From: Takakia lepidozioides
Lineage: Eukaryota; Plantae; Bryophyta
NCBI GenBank assembly: GCA_030704615.1
Contig: CM060732.1
Location: 35,154,001 to 35,218,000 of the forward strand
Reading direction: 5' to 3'
Length of the DNA stretch: 64,000 bases
Of this stretch, positions 1 through 12,787 are shown piece by piece; the stretch's first letter is position 1; the number at the start of each line of letters is the position of its first letter. Position numbers and translations under genes: made by a program. Below the pieces are notes generated by a model. It worked only from the letters and a program-made list of their open reading frames with translations, searched no databases and was not told the DNA's origin.

Positions 1-694
1 ACCGTTAGATCTTAAACAATCTAGACCGTTAGATCTTGTAAAATCTAACGATTCAAAATAATTTCCATCACATGATCTAACCTTGTACAACCACGTATTT
101 TAATCTCATATATCTTGCGATCCTTGTTAAGCCACGTCCATCCAGGTCCAATTTATTGAACAGATATCAAATCGATACACCGTATAGGCGGATGGATGAA
201 GCCATCCATTGAATGAATTCATTAATGTATATGCCTTTTAAATGACATGTGTAGTGATGTAGTCATATATATAGAGTTATGAAACAATTTGCAGTAAGGG
301 ACTCATAAGTTTACATGCCATGTCATCGATGGATACACTCATCCAATGGATGAATACATTCATGTATGTGCTTTCAAAATGACACGTGTAGGGATGTAGT
401 CGTATAAATAGAGCTGTAAAACCATCTTCAGTCATGGAGTCACAAGATTCCATGAAACGTCGTCCACGTCTAGTCAAACATATCACACTAGTCATAAAAC
501 CATCCTTGTCATCATGGTCAACAATGTTTGACCAATGTTCCTTAATTTTCCGGAGTCATGTAGTGATATCCATTACTATAAAAGTGATAAAACTATGACT
601 GCAACGCATTTCAGCGCTCTATAGTCGTGTACCTAGTGCCGTTTTTATGACTCCGCCAAATCCGTAGTCCTAAAAACGTTCATCTCTTGTAGTG
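1..694. mobile_element. Terminus of a CACTA (En/Spm) DNA transposon, truncated by the window edge
   Basis: Ends in ...CATCTCTTGTAGTG (694), the reverse complement of a CACTACAAGA-type TIR. It is preceded by subterminal short repeats (tagtc(a/g)t, atgact). Confidence 0.65.
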
Positions 695-872
695 CATGGT
701 CGCTTGTAGTTGGATATTACTTGAGAGGAAGTAAGGAGGGTATAGGGCATGTAACCTGACCTGCATTCTGGTGTTTTCATAATGTGAGAGTCATTGGTCT
801 GTCATTGTTGTGGATGTTTTGAGATGGTGAGTAGCAACCTGTTGTCTTAAGCATAGCGGAAATGTACATATA

Positions 873-1791
873 TTGTTAGTGCTCATAATCATAAGTCCGA
901 GTTCCTGTATGGTGTGGATTGTCTCGGACCGCGATCCAAAGTTTACAAGTAAGTTTTGGAGGGCACTTTGGAAGAAAATGAGCACCGCCTTCCGACCTAC
1001 GACGGACGGCCAAACGGAAAGGGTGAATTCCGTGGTGAAGCAGATCTTGCGGAATTACGTGTCGGCAGACCAATCGGACTGGGTGGAACACTTGGATGCG
1101 GCAGGGTTCTGTTATAATAACACAAAACATTCCGCAACGGGAGTTTTCCCCTTCGTATTGGTTTATGGAAAAGCACCTCTGGTGCCGACAAGTTGGGCCG
1201 CCCAAGACGTTGAGGAACCGGCAGCAGCGGCAGTGCTGGAAGAACGCGAGCGTTTGTTGAAGCTCGCAAAGTACAACATTGCCAAAACTAGGAAACAATA
1301 TGAACGGCAGACGAATCGGAAGCGGAGGGAGGTTAAGTTTGAGGCAGGCACGGAGGTCTGGTTGAACATCAAGAATTTTCGACTATCTCCGGAAGTGAGT
1401 CCGAAGTTCGTACCTCCGTATGCGGGACCTTTTCGCATCCGGAAGGTTATGAATGAGGATGTGTATGAATTGGAGCTGCCGGCAAACAGCAAGGTGCATC
1501 CGATTCCACGTCTCCCTTTTGAAGCCTTACTTCAAAGATGAAGCGCGTCCGAATCGGCCTCAAGTGTTGCGTCCGCCACCTATGCTGTTGGATCATGAAA
1601 ATGGATCCGAGTACGAGGTGGAGGCAGTGCTTAAGTCGAGGAGGTTCAAGAATCGAGAAACGGAGCATCTCGTGAAATGGAAGGGCTATCATCATGAGGA
1701 GGCATCTTCGGTGCGTGCCTCAGAAATGGGGAACGCATCCGAGGCGGTTGCAGCTTTCGAAGGGCGACCTCAAAAGCGGAAGAAACGTTGA
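873..1791 (+). pseudogene. Ty3/gypsy (chromovirus) integrase plus chromodomain fragment, frameshifted
   Basis: ORF 873-1541 has SDRDPKFTSKFW, TDGQTERVN and a GPY/F motif (PYAGPF). ORF 1453-1791 has FHVSLLKPY and the chromodomain EYEVEAVL...HLVKWKGY. Confidence 0.9.
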
Positions 1792-1825
1792 TGGGGACAT
1801 CAACCTTGGAGCGTGGTGGAGGAAA

Positions 1826-3365
1826 TGCATGCTTAGCCCGGCTTAGCTAGCTCAAGAATCCGATTGCAAAAACTTGTATTGTACAAATTTTGTTATAAAT
1901 GAAATGGTTTCCAAATGTTGTGCGTCCTATTTTGTTTGGAATGGTGATGCATGGTATGGTTGGCTAGTGTGTAGAATGCATGCTAAGCTTACAAAGTGGG
2001 AGAGGTAAATTGGATTAATCGTGTGTTTGTGTAGTACTGAAATCGGGTGACTCCCACCCAAGGGACAAGGAAACTTGCCCCTTCGTTGGGAGTTCACGTG
2101 CTAGTGCGCACCTGGCGCGTGCGCGTACTATAACTGCGCTACTGAGGGGGTTGCCTTGTAGTGCGGGCTAACGTGGAAGCTACGTGCTTCCGTTCACGTA
2201 CTATAATTGTGTAGCCTCGGGACGAAGTCGTAGTGCGGCTTCGGCGTGTTCCCGTACCTCACGCCAACATTCCAAGGCGGACCCAATTGTAGTGATTGGG
2301 GCGCACGGTTGGTTCAAGGTTATCTTCTTAGTCAAAAAGGGTTCAAGGCGAACCCTTGCTCAAGGTGATGCCAAGAAGCGACATCACGAGCGGTCGCAAG
2401 CAAATGTTGTTGCAGTAAGGCGATTCGATCCTCGGGGAGGATCGTTCCTTGGCCCTGAAGTGGGTCAAGAAGAGTGCACTGGGAGGAGCTTGAGAGGCCC
2501 CACCCTTGGTCGGGACTTGGAGGAAATCGGCCGAACTAGCTAGTGGAGAGTAGAGTCAATTGGGGGTTTGGTTCTTAGCCATGAGACGCCATGGTGCGGA
2601 AACAAACTCCTTGATGTGGGACGCCACAACTTGGATGTTCGTTTCTACAAAATAGACAAGTCGATGAGGACATCGACTCCCTGTTGGTAGGGGTGTGTCG
2701 CGGCCCTTCGCCTTGAGGGCAGGGGTCGGGACACGAGAGGGGCTGCCCCTGTGGTGGGGGCAGTGGCGACAATAGATGCGGGGGCTAAAGCACCCTTGAG
2801 TGCCCAAGGCACTCAAGGAGGCGGAGGCGCTCACTAGGTGGAGCCTCGCACACCGGGTTGTGGTGGGGGTGGTTCCACGAGGGGTGGTGGTAGCTTAGTG
2901 GGACTTAGTGGGGGTGGCTTAGGACTCACCATGGGGGCGGAGACCTTGTGGTGGGAGTCGTGGGGAGTCTTGGGACTCATCACGGTCCAATGGGACCGTG
3001 GTGAGTGGACCAAGACTCACCGTGACTCATCACCGGGAATCGAGGGTTTTCGTGGTGGTTCGCCATAAAATGGCATGGTTGTTTGTGAAACCCCCGCGGA
3101 CAATCACAGAAGTATATATAGGGAGTAGTAACCCCGAGAACGGTGCAAGCCCGTTGGTGACCAAAAACTAGTGAGTAAGCGTGCGAGCCGGAAAGCGACC
3201 AAGGTGTGGGGAGCTATTCCGGACTGCCATCGACCAAAGGGAATTTCCACTAGGCCCAAATTGGGAGAGGGTCTTGTGGAGGAGTAAGGGGAGACCGTTA
3301 TGTCCCGGTGAGCAGCCGAAGCTCCGAGTTGGCCCGGCGGCCAGTTAGGGAGTTAGGCGTGCGCA
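1826..3365 (+). repeat. Probable long 3' LTR of the upstream chromovirus
   Basis: Follows a purine-rich tract (ggagcgtggtggaggaaa), is non-coding, has TG...CA-like ends with a weak terminal inverted repeat, and a TATA-like tract at about 3113. There is no second LTR in the window to confirm it. Confidence 0.35.
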
Positions 3366-3384
3366 TCAGAGCGAGTAACTATGA

Positions 3385-3981
3385 CTTGAAGGGGAGCTTA
3401 CCGAAGTGAGGTGCGTGACACTTTGCCCAGACATACTTATTATCCAAGGTCTACCCACTACTGCCCCAGCACCTGCCTCCCCGTCCCCACAATTTACCGT
3501 CCACTTCATCGAATTTACATTTTGCCACGATAGGTACCCTAGCAACTCCATCCTTGAGAAACGACAAAAATATGCCCCCCTCATCCTGGCAATTCGACGG
3601 CAAGGTTGGGCAACAAGCCCACTCACCGTTGTCACTGCCGGAACAAGGGCGCACATCCACAACGCCAACATCAATGATATACATAATAACTTCAAAATTC
3701 CCCCACCCCCCATCCATAAATGCTTCAAGGAAATCCACCTCACAGCACTCCATTCCCTCACAGCTATCATCACCAACAAACGCCAACTCGAGTCTGGTTC
3801 TTCTAATGCTCCTCAGGGCCCATAGGCCCTCCACCCCCCCAGCTACCTGGTGTCCCTCAGGACACTCTCTCTTTAGTTATATATATATATATAATATATA
3901 TATATATAGGGCCCACCCCCGAAAGGGGGCAGTAGCCGAAAGGTGAAGTGGCTCTTAGTTACGCCGGCTTCGGCTGGAGTC
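3385..3981 (+). mobile_element. 3' fragment of an RLE-type (Dualen/RandI-like) non-LTR retrotransposon, copy 1
   Basis: ORF 3406-3825 has PDILIIQG...HFIEFTFCHDRY, a restriction-like endonuclease pattern. It is homologous to ORFs at 35853-36395 and 42660-42857, has a structured 3' end and a (TC)n tail. Confidence 0.7.
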
Positions 3982-5644
3982 TTCTCTCTCTCTCTCGACA
4001 TTGCCGCGCCGTGTTCCTCTAGCAGGGGCAACGGGCATGTCCTCTTGATAGAAGAAAACACTCTAGGGCTGGGCCTCCTTCCACATCTTCAAACTGGTCC
4101 CCTCGTCCTTATGTTGCTTGAAAGTCTCACATGCTAGCTTGTCCATGATGTTTCTAATGTCATGCTCAAGCACAACATCATCACGACACCACTTCTCTCC
4201 ATTGACCTTACTGTCAAATACCTATTGTTCATGTTGGGCCATGATTTCAGCAGACGACAACCCAGCACGTATGCTATCCGTTATCCACATCTTAACCTCT
4301 TTGTCAAGTTATTTTACCACAAGTGTGAAACTAGCTAGGAAATAGCTAGCTTTTACATATTGACATTTGGGATTGGCCGAAGTGTCAATCCAGGGGTCAA
4401 GGCAGATTTAGGCCCTGGAGTGGTTATCTTCACGGCAAGCGCGGGAGGCTCATCTTTCTCGAGTTGAGCCTACCGCGCCTAGCTATGGCGCCGTAGTGTG
4501 GATTCCCCATGGCGTGGGGTACACTTGGCTTGACTTGTATTTGAGTGATGAGGTTATATATGCATGAGTTTATGCTTCGGCTTTGTGAGCTCGCATGAGC
4601 TTGTGCTTGTATTCTTCTTCTTTATCACTCGAGAAAGATGAGCTCGTATCTGTGAGTGTCAGATACGAGTTAGTTGTAGCACTTGTGGTTTTTGCTTGAG
4701 AATGAGAGAAACCAGGTTGTTATGCAAGGAGCACCGTGGAGCTCTTGGTTGTTAGAAGCGGAGGCGATGTGGGTTACGAGGTGTTAGACCTTGGCATTCG
4801 ATCTTCAGCTTCAGAGATGAAAGCACCATGCTGCAGATAATTCCAGAGCACCTTGATGGTTTCAGATTGTGTACATGCATGAGCAAGCATGATTGGGAAG
4901 AGGACCAGTCAAGAGCAGGTATAGTGGCTTTGGTGGCAAAGCTGAGAACTAGCCTTGGGAATGCGAGCTTTCATTGTGTGAAGGATTGCAAGACCAAGCG
5001 AAAGGGCTGATTTGGCTTGGGGAAAATCGGTGCACTTTGTGGAGTATGTTGAGATTGGGTATCAATCTCGAGCTTCAGCATTGAGAGGGCTCTTGTCATG
5101 GAAAGAGCAGGGCTGGAACAGGAGCTAAGAGGTGCGGCAAGACAATGGAATGTGCACCTAGGGTTTTAGAGCTTGGAAGAAGAGCTCTTGCACCACAAGA
5201 GGAGTATCTTGTGGCTGGAAATGTAAGCCTTAGGGTTTCAGGAGCTTGGCAAAGGCTGTGGAGTGCTTAGTCTTGTCTTAGAGAGCATCAAGGAGCCAAG
5301 ATGGGGGGCTGATACCTCTTGTGTGAAGAGGTTGCATGTGTGGAGCAGGTATTCAGCTCATTAAAGCCTCCATCTTCAAGCTTATTTCTTCTAGGGTCTC
5401 TGTGTCTCTTTATGTGCAGTCATAACAAACACACTAAGGATTAATCCAGATCAGCACATCCAATAATGGGTGACTGCGCTCCCCCTCCCGCCCCCTGCCC
5501 CCCCCCCCCCCCCCCCCCGCCTCATCAACTCCCAGACCAAGCTCCTGACGTGCTCATAGCTGTTATTGGATTGGATTGCGCAGTGGTGATGTCTTGTTAA
5601 CCAGCTAATGTGGACAGCAGGGTGGTTGGTGTGGTACCTTCCAG

Positions 5645-7253
5645 GGTAGAATTACATTCAAGTTGTGCGATTATCGAACTTTATCAGGCTACCACAAATA
5701 TAACCGCATCATATCCTGGTGAGGAGTGTAAGTCCATCTGGCATGCTTGTTAGGAAACTTTAATGACAGCATGTGTGCTAGGTGGAGAGAAGAAGAAATG
5801 AGCTCCATCCTTGGACAGGAGTCCAGAGGGCATATGGACACAGAATTACATGGGAAAGTGAGAAAGATCTAATGAACTATGCATAGATGCACACCTGTAT
5901 TTACAATGAATATTGTCCGTCGGCAATGTATGAAGCCAGCCCCCTCGAGAGGGTGTGCCGTCTTATTAGAGCAAACTGTTGCAGACCTTGTGTCATTACA
6001 CAAGATGCAGAAGGCTTACTTCATGTCCTCTGCAGTGAAATGCTGGAGAATGTGGGACACGAATACTACAAGGACTTCTTCAGCCGTTGTGATTATCTTT
6101 TGGCCAAGGATGGCCTTCTGGTTGTGCAGGTTGATACCCTATGCCCTCTGCTTCCTTCCTCCACCTACTTTTACGTCACCCATGGCAATGCCAATTGTGA
6201 ATAATATGTACAGCAAGAATGTAGATTCTTCGGTGGAGTGCCACAGCGTGTTAATGAGATTAGACCACCTTGTATGCACAGGTGATATCCATGCCCGAGG
6301 AGAGGTATAACGAGTACCGTCGGAGCTCTGATTTCATCAAAGAATACATTTTTCCTGGGGGTTGTATTCCGGCTTTCAGTACGCTCATTGCTGCTATGAC
6401 TGCTGGCTCCTCTTTTTGGTACTCTCGCCCCCTAACGTGCCACGTGTGTCATGGTCCTCTGGAGCCCATGTGGATGGAGTTTCTTTTCCTTCTCTTGGAT
6501 CTGACTTACCAAATAATGATTTGCCCTTGTGATTGGCAGCGTGGAGCACATGGAAAATATAGGCATACATTACTGCGAAACACTACTTCGGTGGCGTGAG
6601 AAATTCCACATGAATCGCAGGTTTCTCTCCTGTAGCTTTCCTTCCCCTCTGGCAAGTTATCTGACCTGTATTATACTCTTTGAATAGTGCACCATCTTCT
6701 GTGATTCAGTCTGTCCTCACTTGAGAGATTTTGGTTTTGGTGCAGTGAAATTTTGCGACTAGGTTTTAGTGAGAAGTTCATAAACATGTGGGACTATTAT
6801 TTCCTCTATTGTGCGGCTGGCTTCAAGACTTGCACTTTGGGCAACCTTCAGGTAACTCATTAGTAGATCAAAGCTGATAGACTGTTTGCAGTAAAAGCAA
6901 GACATACATTTTCGGGCACATAGGAGTGCTAGTATCAGTGTCAAGCCTTGGGACCAGCTTGTCTCTGTCCATGATGCACTAGCCAGCTACTTTTCTTCTT
7001 AAGGTTTTGAAGAAGGTATCATTCGGCAAATAGACATTCTAGATGGAGGGCTGACAAACATGTCCATTCAATATGAATTTCTAGGACTGAATGACCCTTA
7101 TACTATATCTCTTGGAGTCTGGAAAGCTTGATGTTTCCTAAACTGGACGCATATTTGTGGGTGGCATGATCACATTCTATGCAGATTGTCTTCTCCCGGC
7201 CTGGAAATGTGGCACTATTTGGCTGTCCGTAAATCAGCTTCCCCATGGCATAG
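5645..7253 (+). pseudogene. Partial paralog of cyclopropane fatty-acid synthase (exons 19-24 only within the window)
   Basis: Spliced exons RITFKLCDYR..., EMLENVGHEYYKDFF..., VISMPEERYNEYRRSSDFIKEYIFPGG..., VEHMENIGIHY..., WDYYFLYCAAGF..., IVFSRPGNVALFG...MA* (TAG 7251-7253). TE sequence occupies the position of the upstream exons. Confidence 0.85.
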
Positions 7254-7516
7254 GGGACCCTGCCAAATGAGTATCCACTCTTCTGCAATTGTGCACATAT
7301 TTTCGACCTGAGCTAACATTCGTTTTTAGTTTACAACTAACAGTTCATTACAGTTGTGCAGGACATTTGATGTCTTGCAGCTGGTCATTAATTCCTTGAT
7401 GAATGATTCTTGTGTCTGCAATGGAACACTGTACAACACATCAAGTCCATGGCATTTAGCTATTTGTTGCTGCCCCGGACATTGAAGGTGAAGAGAGCTT
7501 TTTCTCTCCCAACAGT

Positions 7517-7876
7517 ACAATATTCATTTTCTGATTCACTGTCCGGGGTACTCTCACCAGAGAGACGCTCTCCTCCAATCTATCAAGAATTGTGCATGTA
7601 CCTCTGTTTACCAACTTTCAAAGTCTCGAGGCAGAGCCAAAAGCCCAGGCCCTCCTGAGGCCTAGTTTTTGGACAAATCACACTAGCAGATTGATGCTTG
7701 TGTGAGGGATTTCTAGAGGATATCTGGAAAACCCGGATCAATTCTATGTTTCAAGGTAAGTCTTACTACCAATGTCAGCCCCTGACATAGGTAGGTTCTG
7801 TCCCTTTGGTTTTCGCTCAAACTGGGCGCGGGGTCAATGGCCACAAGGCTACAGCAAACGACGTCTTATGAGTACA
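7517..7876. mobile_element. 360-bp retroposed insertion (SINE or LINE fragment) with a 15-bp TSD
   Basis: ttctctcccaacagt occurs at 7502-7516 and 7877-7891. The paralogous site near 58790 has one copy and no insert. Related sequence recurs at about 8435-8770. Confidence 0.8.
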
Positions 7877-9694
7877 TTCTCTCCCAACAGTTCATTTTCA
7901 GCTTGTTGCCTAGGCCCAATTCCCCTTAAGTTGAGCTAGATAGAGTGATTGAATTGAATAACAACCCATACTAGTGACGGTAGTCTGCCAGGAATTGTTA
8001 TTGGCTGGAGCTAAGCTTTAGGCTGTGACTCCCTTCACACATTTCCGAGGTTCCATTGTGCCTGAAAACAGACTACAAAGAAGTTAACAGTCAGAACCAG
8101 TTGAAGTAGAAAAGGTTGTGTGATTTATTGCTCTAATTCCTTGGGGGGGGCTTGTGACTTGTTTTTTCTTGGGGCTGAAAACAGTTGCCCACATGTTACC
8201 ATGTGATTTGGGATTGATGCAAGATTACTTTTAAGCTGGTCTCAGCCCATTCTATGCTCTGCTTTTGTGTAAGTCTGGTGTCTGAGAAACAAAATCAGTA
8301 AAACCAAATCGTTATGATTCTCATCATTAGCTCCATGGCTCTTAATTGGTAATCTGAAGAATTCCAACAAAAGATAGATAAAACGGCTTGTATACTATTA
8401 TCAGTTTTGGTACCTGATTGCGGACCTGCCATCTTCAAGGTAAGCCATGCTACCTGCGTCAGCCCCTGACAAAGGTAGTTTCTGTCCCTTTGTGTTCTGC
8501 TCAAATTGGCCATGAGGCGACCTCAAACAACGTCTTATGAGTACATTCTCACTCTCTCTGCCAGTGCAGTGGAGTGAGGTTGGGGTCTTACTTTTGGGCT
8601 GCTCACACAGATTGATTCTTGTGTGAAGGGCTTTCTAGTGGATATCTGGAAACCCCGAACTCATCCTTTATATCAAGGTGTGACTCACTACTTGAGTGAG
8701 CCCCTCACAAAGGTAGTGCCTATTCCCTATGTTTCCATCCAAACTGGGCGCGGGGCCGATGGCCTTACGAGTAGATTTTGTGCAATGGTGGCTTTCAATG
8801 ATCGTGAGAAGGAAAGTGGGCATCTCAAATGCACTTGAGGGAGAATAGAGATAGATCCCTATGCTCCCTTTCTGCACGTATCTTGGCGTTGAGCTTTCCT
8901 CCACTTGCAACTGGGGTGCGCATATACAAAATGTGTTTCCAACAGTGAAACTCAAAGCTTGAGCCTCACTAATTTTTTCCACTGCAGAGGGATTAATACT
9001 CAAATTCCATGCTTTGCAATGCAAGTAGGCCTGCCTCTCTTTGGTAAGTATCTCTCAAGAGTATATGAAATGCCCACCTCCATCACTGGCAAATTTCGAA
9101 TCTCTCGAATCCACCCAGTTGTCATCTTCATCATCTGCAATATGAAGCGGGTCTCTCATGGCTCCGTAGCGACTGATTTCTTTTGGGTGTTCTTGGCTCT
9201 GTATTGTACTCCTAGGGCAGATTATGCCAGGCAAAATTTTGCATTGTGTATTTTTATGGTGATTATTAGGTACAATAGCAGGGCTATGGCAACCCGTGTT
9301 GGGATTTTTCATTATCTTTACAATGTGCATCTTTTAAAGCGATACAAGGGAGAGAGTAGAAAGATAGCAAAATTTTGAGTTTCTCTATGCAAGGGAAGGC
9401 CTCACTTGTCGGGCCTTTCTAGATTTCGGACCTGTGCCCGCCCTCCGCTTGAGGCCCTCAGATCTAGACAAGCCCTCCACTGGGGGCCAGCCCCAACGTA
9501 GGGGCTGAATATCCAGGAAAGACCAAGGGCCAGGAATTTACCTGTTGTAAAGACCACTTGTGAATTCCATAATCTACGATTACAACCCCCAAGTTCCTGG
9601 GGCCAAAACATGTTTTCCTATACATGAAAATTCCTGTCGTCGAAGCCCTGATTTTAACAAAGCAAGAATTAGGTCAGGTCCCTGCAGAGGTCAA

Positions 9695-9980
9695 CGTTAA
9701 AAGCAGGTGTGGCGGATTCTGCCACTTTTTCGGCCTAATTCTCAGGCCGAATCGGCCACCCAGGGCAGAATCGGCAGGGATGGCCGATTACGCACAGAGG
9801 ACGGCAGACCTACCACCGAGGCCCATGTCATCAGCCATCAAACCAGCCGCCTTCCCCTAAGGCTCGCCCCGTTTATATCCTCTCCGGGGCTCTGAATTCT
9901 GGGCAATCGATATGGGATAATCGAACCTCAATCATATTGTGCCATGTAGCGGCGAGAATCCGCCACACCTGCTTTTAACG
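9695..9980. mobile_element. MITE-like element with 26-bp perfect terminal inverted repeats
   Basis: cgttaaaagcaggtgtggcggattct (9695-9720) and agaatccgccacacctgcttttaacg (9955-9980). Confidence 0.65.
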
Positions 9981-10085
9981 CTAGTGAACGGGCCGCGTTG
10001 GCCGACTCTGCCCTGTGCGCGGCCATGGGGCTCGCCCAAAGGCCGCTTACAGGGCAGAATCGGCCAAACGCGGCCCGTTCTCTAG
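9981..10085. repeat. Fold-back hairpin of about 105 bp
   Basis: ctagtgaacgggccgcgttggccgactctgccctgt pairs with acagggcagaatcggccaaacgcggcccgttctctag, with further inner pairing (ggcc/tggg...ccca/ggcc). Confidence 0.8.
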
Positions 10086-10550
10086 TACGAAAGGGAGAGC
10101 AATGGAGCGGCCAATGGGGAGGGAGGCCAAATGTTGGAATCGTTGATATGTGAGGCTATGTGTAGAAGAGAGCATAGAAGTAGGATATGTGAGGCGGTTG
10201 GGACTTTATGCCCTCTTTCTATAGCTTTCCATAGAAGTAGGATGAGGCCGTGAGGCCGCCTCTAGAAGGCTCCACCACCGTTCTGAGAGAGTATGTAAAG
10301 TAGGGTGAGGGCCTTGCTCTACAAGCTTCTTTTGCCTCAACCTTATTTTGGCAAGCAGCCCCCTTTAAAAAATATAAATTAGAACTTGAACCATCTTTAA
10401 ATAGATCAAAAAATATAGCTCAAATACACTCGCAAGAATGACATGCCATGCTACTTGAACAGTCTAATGTAAAGAGCTAATAGAGCTAATGATTTATTTG
10501 CAAGTACAACGTGTCTTTGGGGTTTTAACATAACTAGGGTAGTACATGTC

Positions 10551-11235
10551 GTTGGCCCAAATGTCGTCATCTAAGTCCAAGTGCAATCCCCTATGTATCC
10601 AAGTGCATCTCCTATATGCGACCTCTAGTGTATGTATGTGTATGTATGTTTAATTTTTTCCATGAATTTATTGAGTAGTAATGTATGCAATCATTGTTCT
10701 AAGAAAACCCACTTTGTTATTTTTCACGAATGCCTCTTCCTCTTTTGGCAGACGTTCAGCCGCTGAAGTTCGGAGTTGTGGAGGAAGACATGGGTCAAAA
10801 TTTGTGCAGTCATTCAACGAGATGCCATGAATGCTGCAGCCATCCACAAGAACCTTCAACACACTTGGGGTAAGCATGGGCTCATATGTAGCAGCCATGT
10901 GCAAGACCAATGCTTCTGGCGCGAGCTCCCTAGTCTCTGTTGGTAGCCTGTGCCGTTGGCCCAAGTGCCCAGTGTCATCTAAGTCCAAGTGCAATCCCCT
11001 ATGTATCCAAGTGCAATCCCCTATGTATCCAAGTGCGTCTCCTATCAAGGCTTCATATATTGAGATATCCAATCATTGTCCCAGGAAAGCCCACTTTGTT
11101 ATCTTTCACGAATTTCCACCGACCAAAAGCACTTGAAATTCCAGATCCCCCACATGAAGGGCCAATCATTGTTCCATGAAAGCCCACTTTGCTATTTTTT
11201 GCGAATTTCCAGCGACCAAAAGTACTTGAAATTCG
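10551..11235. repeat. Local direct and tandem repeats, probably a non-autonomous TE remnant
   Basis: tcatctaagtccaagtgcaatcccctatgtatccaagtgc occurs at about 10567 and 10975. The unit aatcattgt..gaaagcccactttg..cgaatttcca.cgaccaaaag.acttgaaatt occurs at about 11071 and 11164, and partly at 10689. Confidence 0.7.
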
Positions 11236-12119
11236 ACATCTCCCACACCATAGGTCCAAAAATCATGACACCAAACCGGTGCACCCCTCCTCATCAAGGG
11301 CTTTCCAACGGCACCAAGCACCAGGCCAGCTGGGGCCGGTGCGGTTTGGGAGATCTCAACGACGCTATAACACAAAACAAAACAAGCCGCAAACCGTGAG
11401 AGGCTCTGTCCAGTGTCCATTGTCCATTGTTACGGTTACCTTACGCATGTGAAAGCTTTCAGACTTATAACAATTTTGACAAGTTGTCATGTGGTTTATA
11501 CTTAAGAGCTTTTTTAGACCAATCACTCTCTTGACACGGTGTAAGGGCCGTTGACCACATTTTCTCCATTGACTTCAACATGATGCAGAGTCTCTACCCT
11601 GAAGGGACAGAGCTAACTAACTAACTAACTAACTACCTCCCTTCATATATTGATAAGACAAATTAAAGTGGATAGAATTTTTGTAGCAATTACCATTATT
11701 GACACACACACAAAAAAAAACAAAAAAAAACAAAAACAAAACGGCCACTAATGTGTTCCCAAATGGTTAGGAACTTTGGTGTCAACCACAATACTACTAA
11801 AACTGGATAATAAGGGTTTTGGAGGAGTACCGAGACCTGATGCTCTACGTTTTACCAAGTGGGTTGCCGCCACGAACGGGAGTGGACCATAGGATTGCTT
11901 CAAAGATATGATGAACCTCTACACTATGCCATTGTGTTGTTATCACTAAGGATCATATTGCTCTTATGTTAGGTTTCTTTTTGTATTGCGCAAGGGAATA
12001 ATAACCTTGCCTGCAAGAGTGGGTTGCTAAAGTTGTTGCATTGAATGTTGCGACACCGAGTGGTGTGGCAAAGGTGTCCACGTTCCTACCGACAGGCAAT
12101 AGCCCTTCTGGGTCAAGAG

Positions 12120-12310
12120 ACACCATAAATTGTCGTTTTTTGGGGGTGGGCTCTATCAGAACCAGAACCAGTTACGTAGTGGCAAGCTGGTAACTTTCAA
12201 TCTTTCTTTTGTTGAGGACTAATGTTGTAAGTGACGTAATAGCTGTGAAGTGTAGGGTGCGTAGGTCCAGTGGGGTGGTGTATTTTAACGAAAGTTTGAG
12301 GTCTCTTTGA
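12120..12310 (-). mobile_element. 3' end of RLE-type LINE copy 2, continuing from 35769-37190 and split by MULE-A
   Basis: Encodes LKYTTPL...LHFTAITSLTTLVLNKRKIES*, homologous to 42660-42857 and 3406-3825. The conserved AGAGCCCACCCCC motif follows. Confidence 0.8.
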
Positions 12311-12787
12311 GAACTTGAGGGACGATGATACCCCGAGCGTACGCTCACACCAACTGATGTGGCGTGAGCGTGAAGCTGACGTGGCAAGAGCCTGCTGACA
12401 TGGCAGTCGAGAAGATGACGTGGCATTTGGACAACGTGGCGGACGCCATGTCAACAGAAACATATTGCACCTATAGCCAAGGGGCCTATAGCCGTGGCAT
12501 TCATTCATAAAAACCGGAAACCAAAACACCACAAATGAGAAACTAGAAACGACTTGTGAAAGCATTTGCATCCATTCCATTTATTTTGCAATGATTATAC
12601 ATAAGAAATAGCACACATTGCACAACAAAATTGCAGACTGCACTGGTACCAAATATACCAAGGGACATCAAGTTCAAGATTCATTTCAGATGAAATCCAG
12701 TAACGAAAATTGGAGAGGACCAAAGTGAACATGATGATAGCTATGTGTTTGTATCCTACTACATAAGTGTGTTGACCTCGTTGAAAT

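Larger units (their letters stand above)
5392..8434 (+). repeat. Segmental duplicate of 56651-59368 (3' part of the CFA gene and downstream flank)
   Basis: Colinear, high-identity match from agggtctctgtgtc to tcagttttggtacctgattg...acctgccatct in both copies, introns included. Confidence 0.95.

Noticed and set aside
3982-5391. Possible LTR or retroelement fragment
   Set aside because: TE-like composition, but no diagnostic domain, paired terminus or TSD could be identified.
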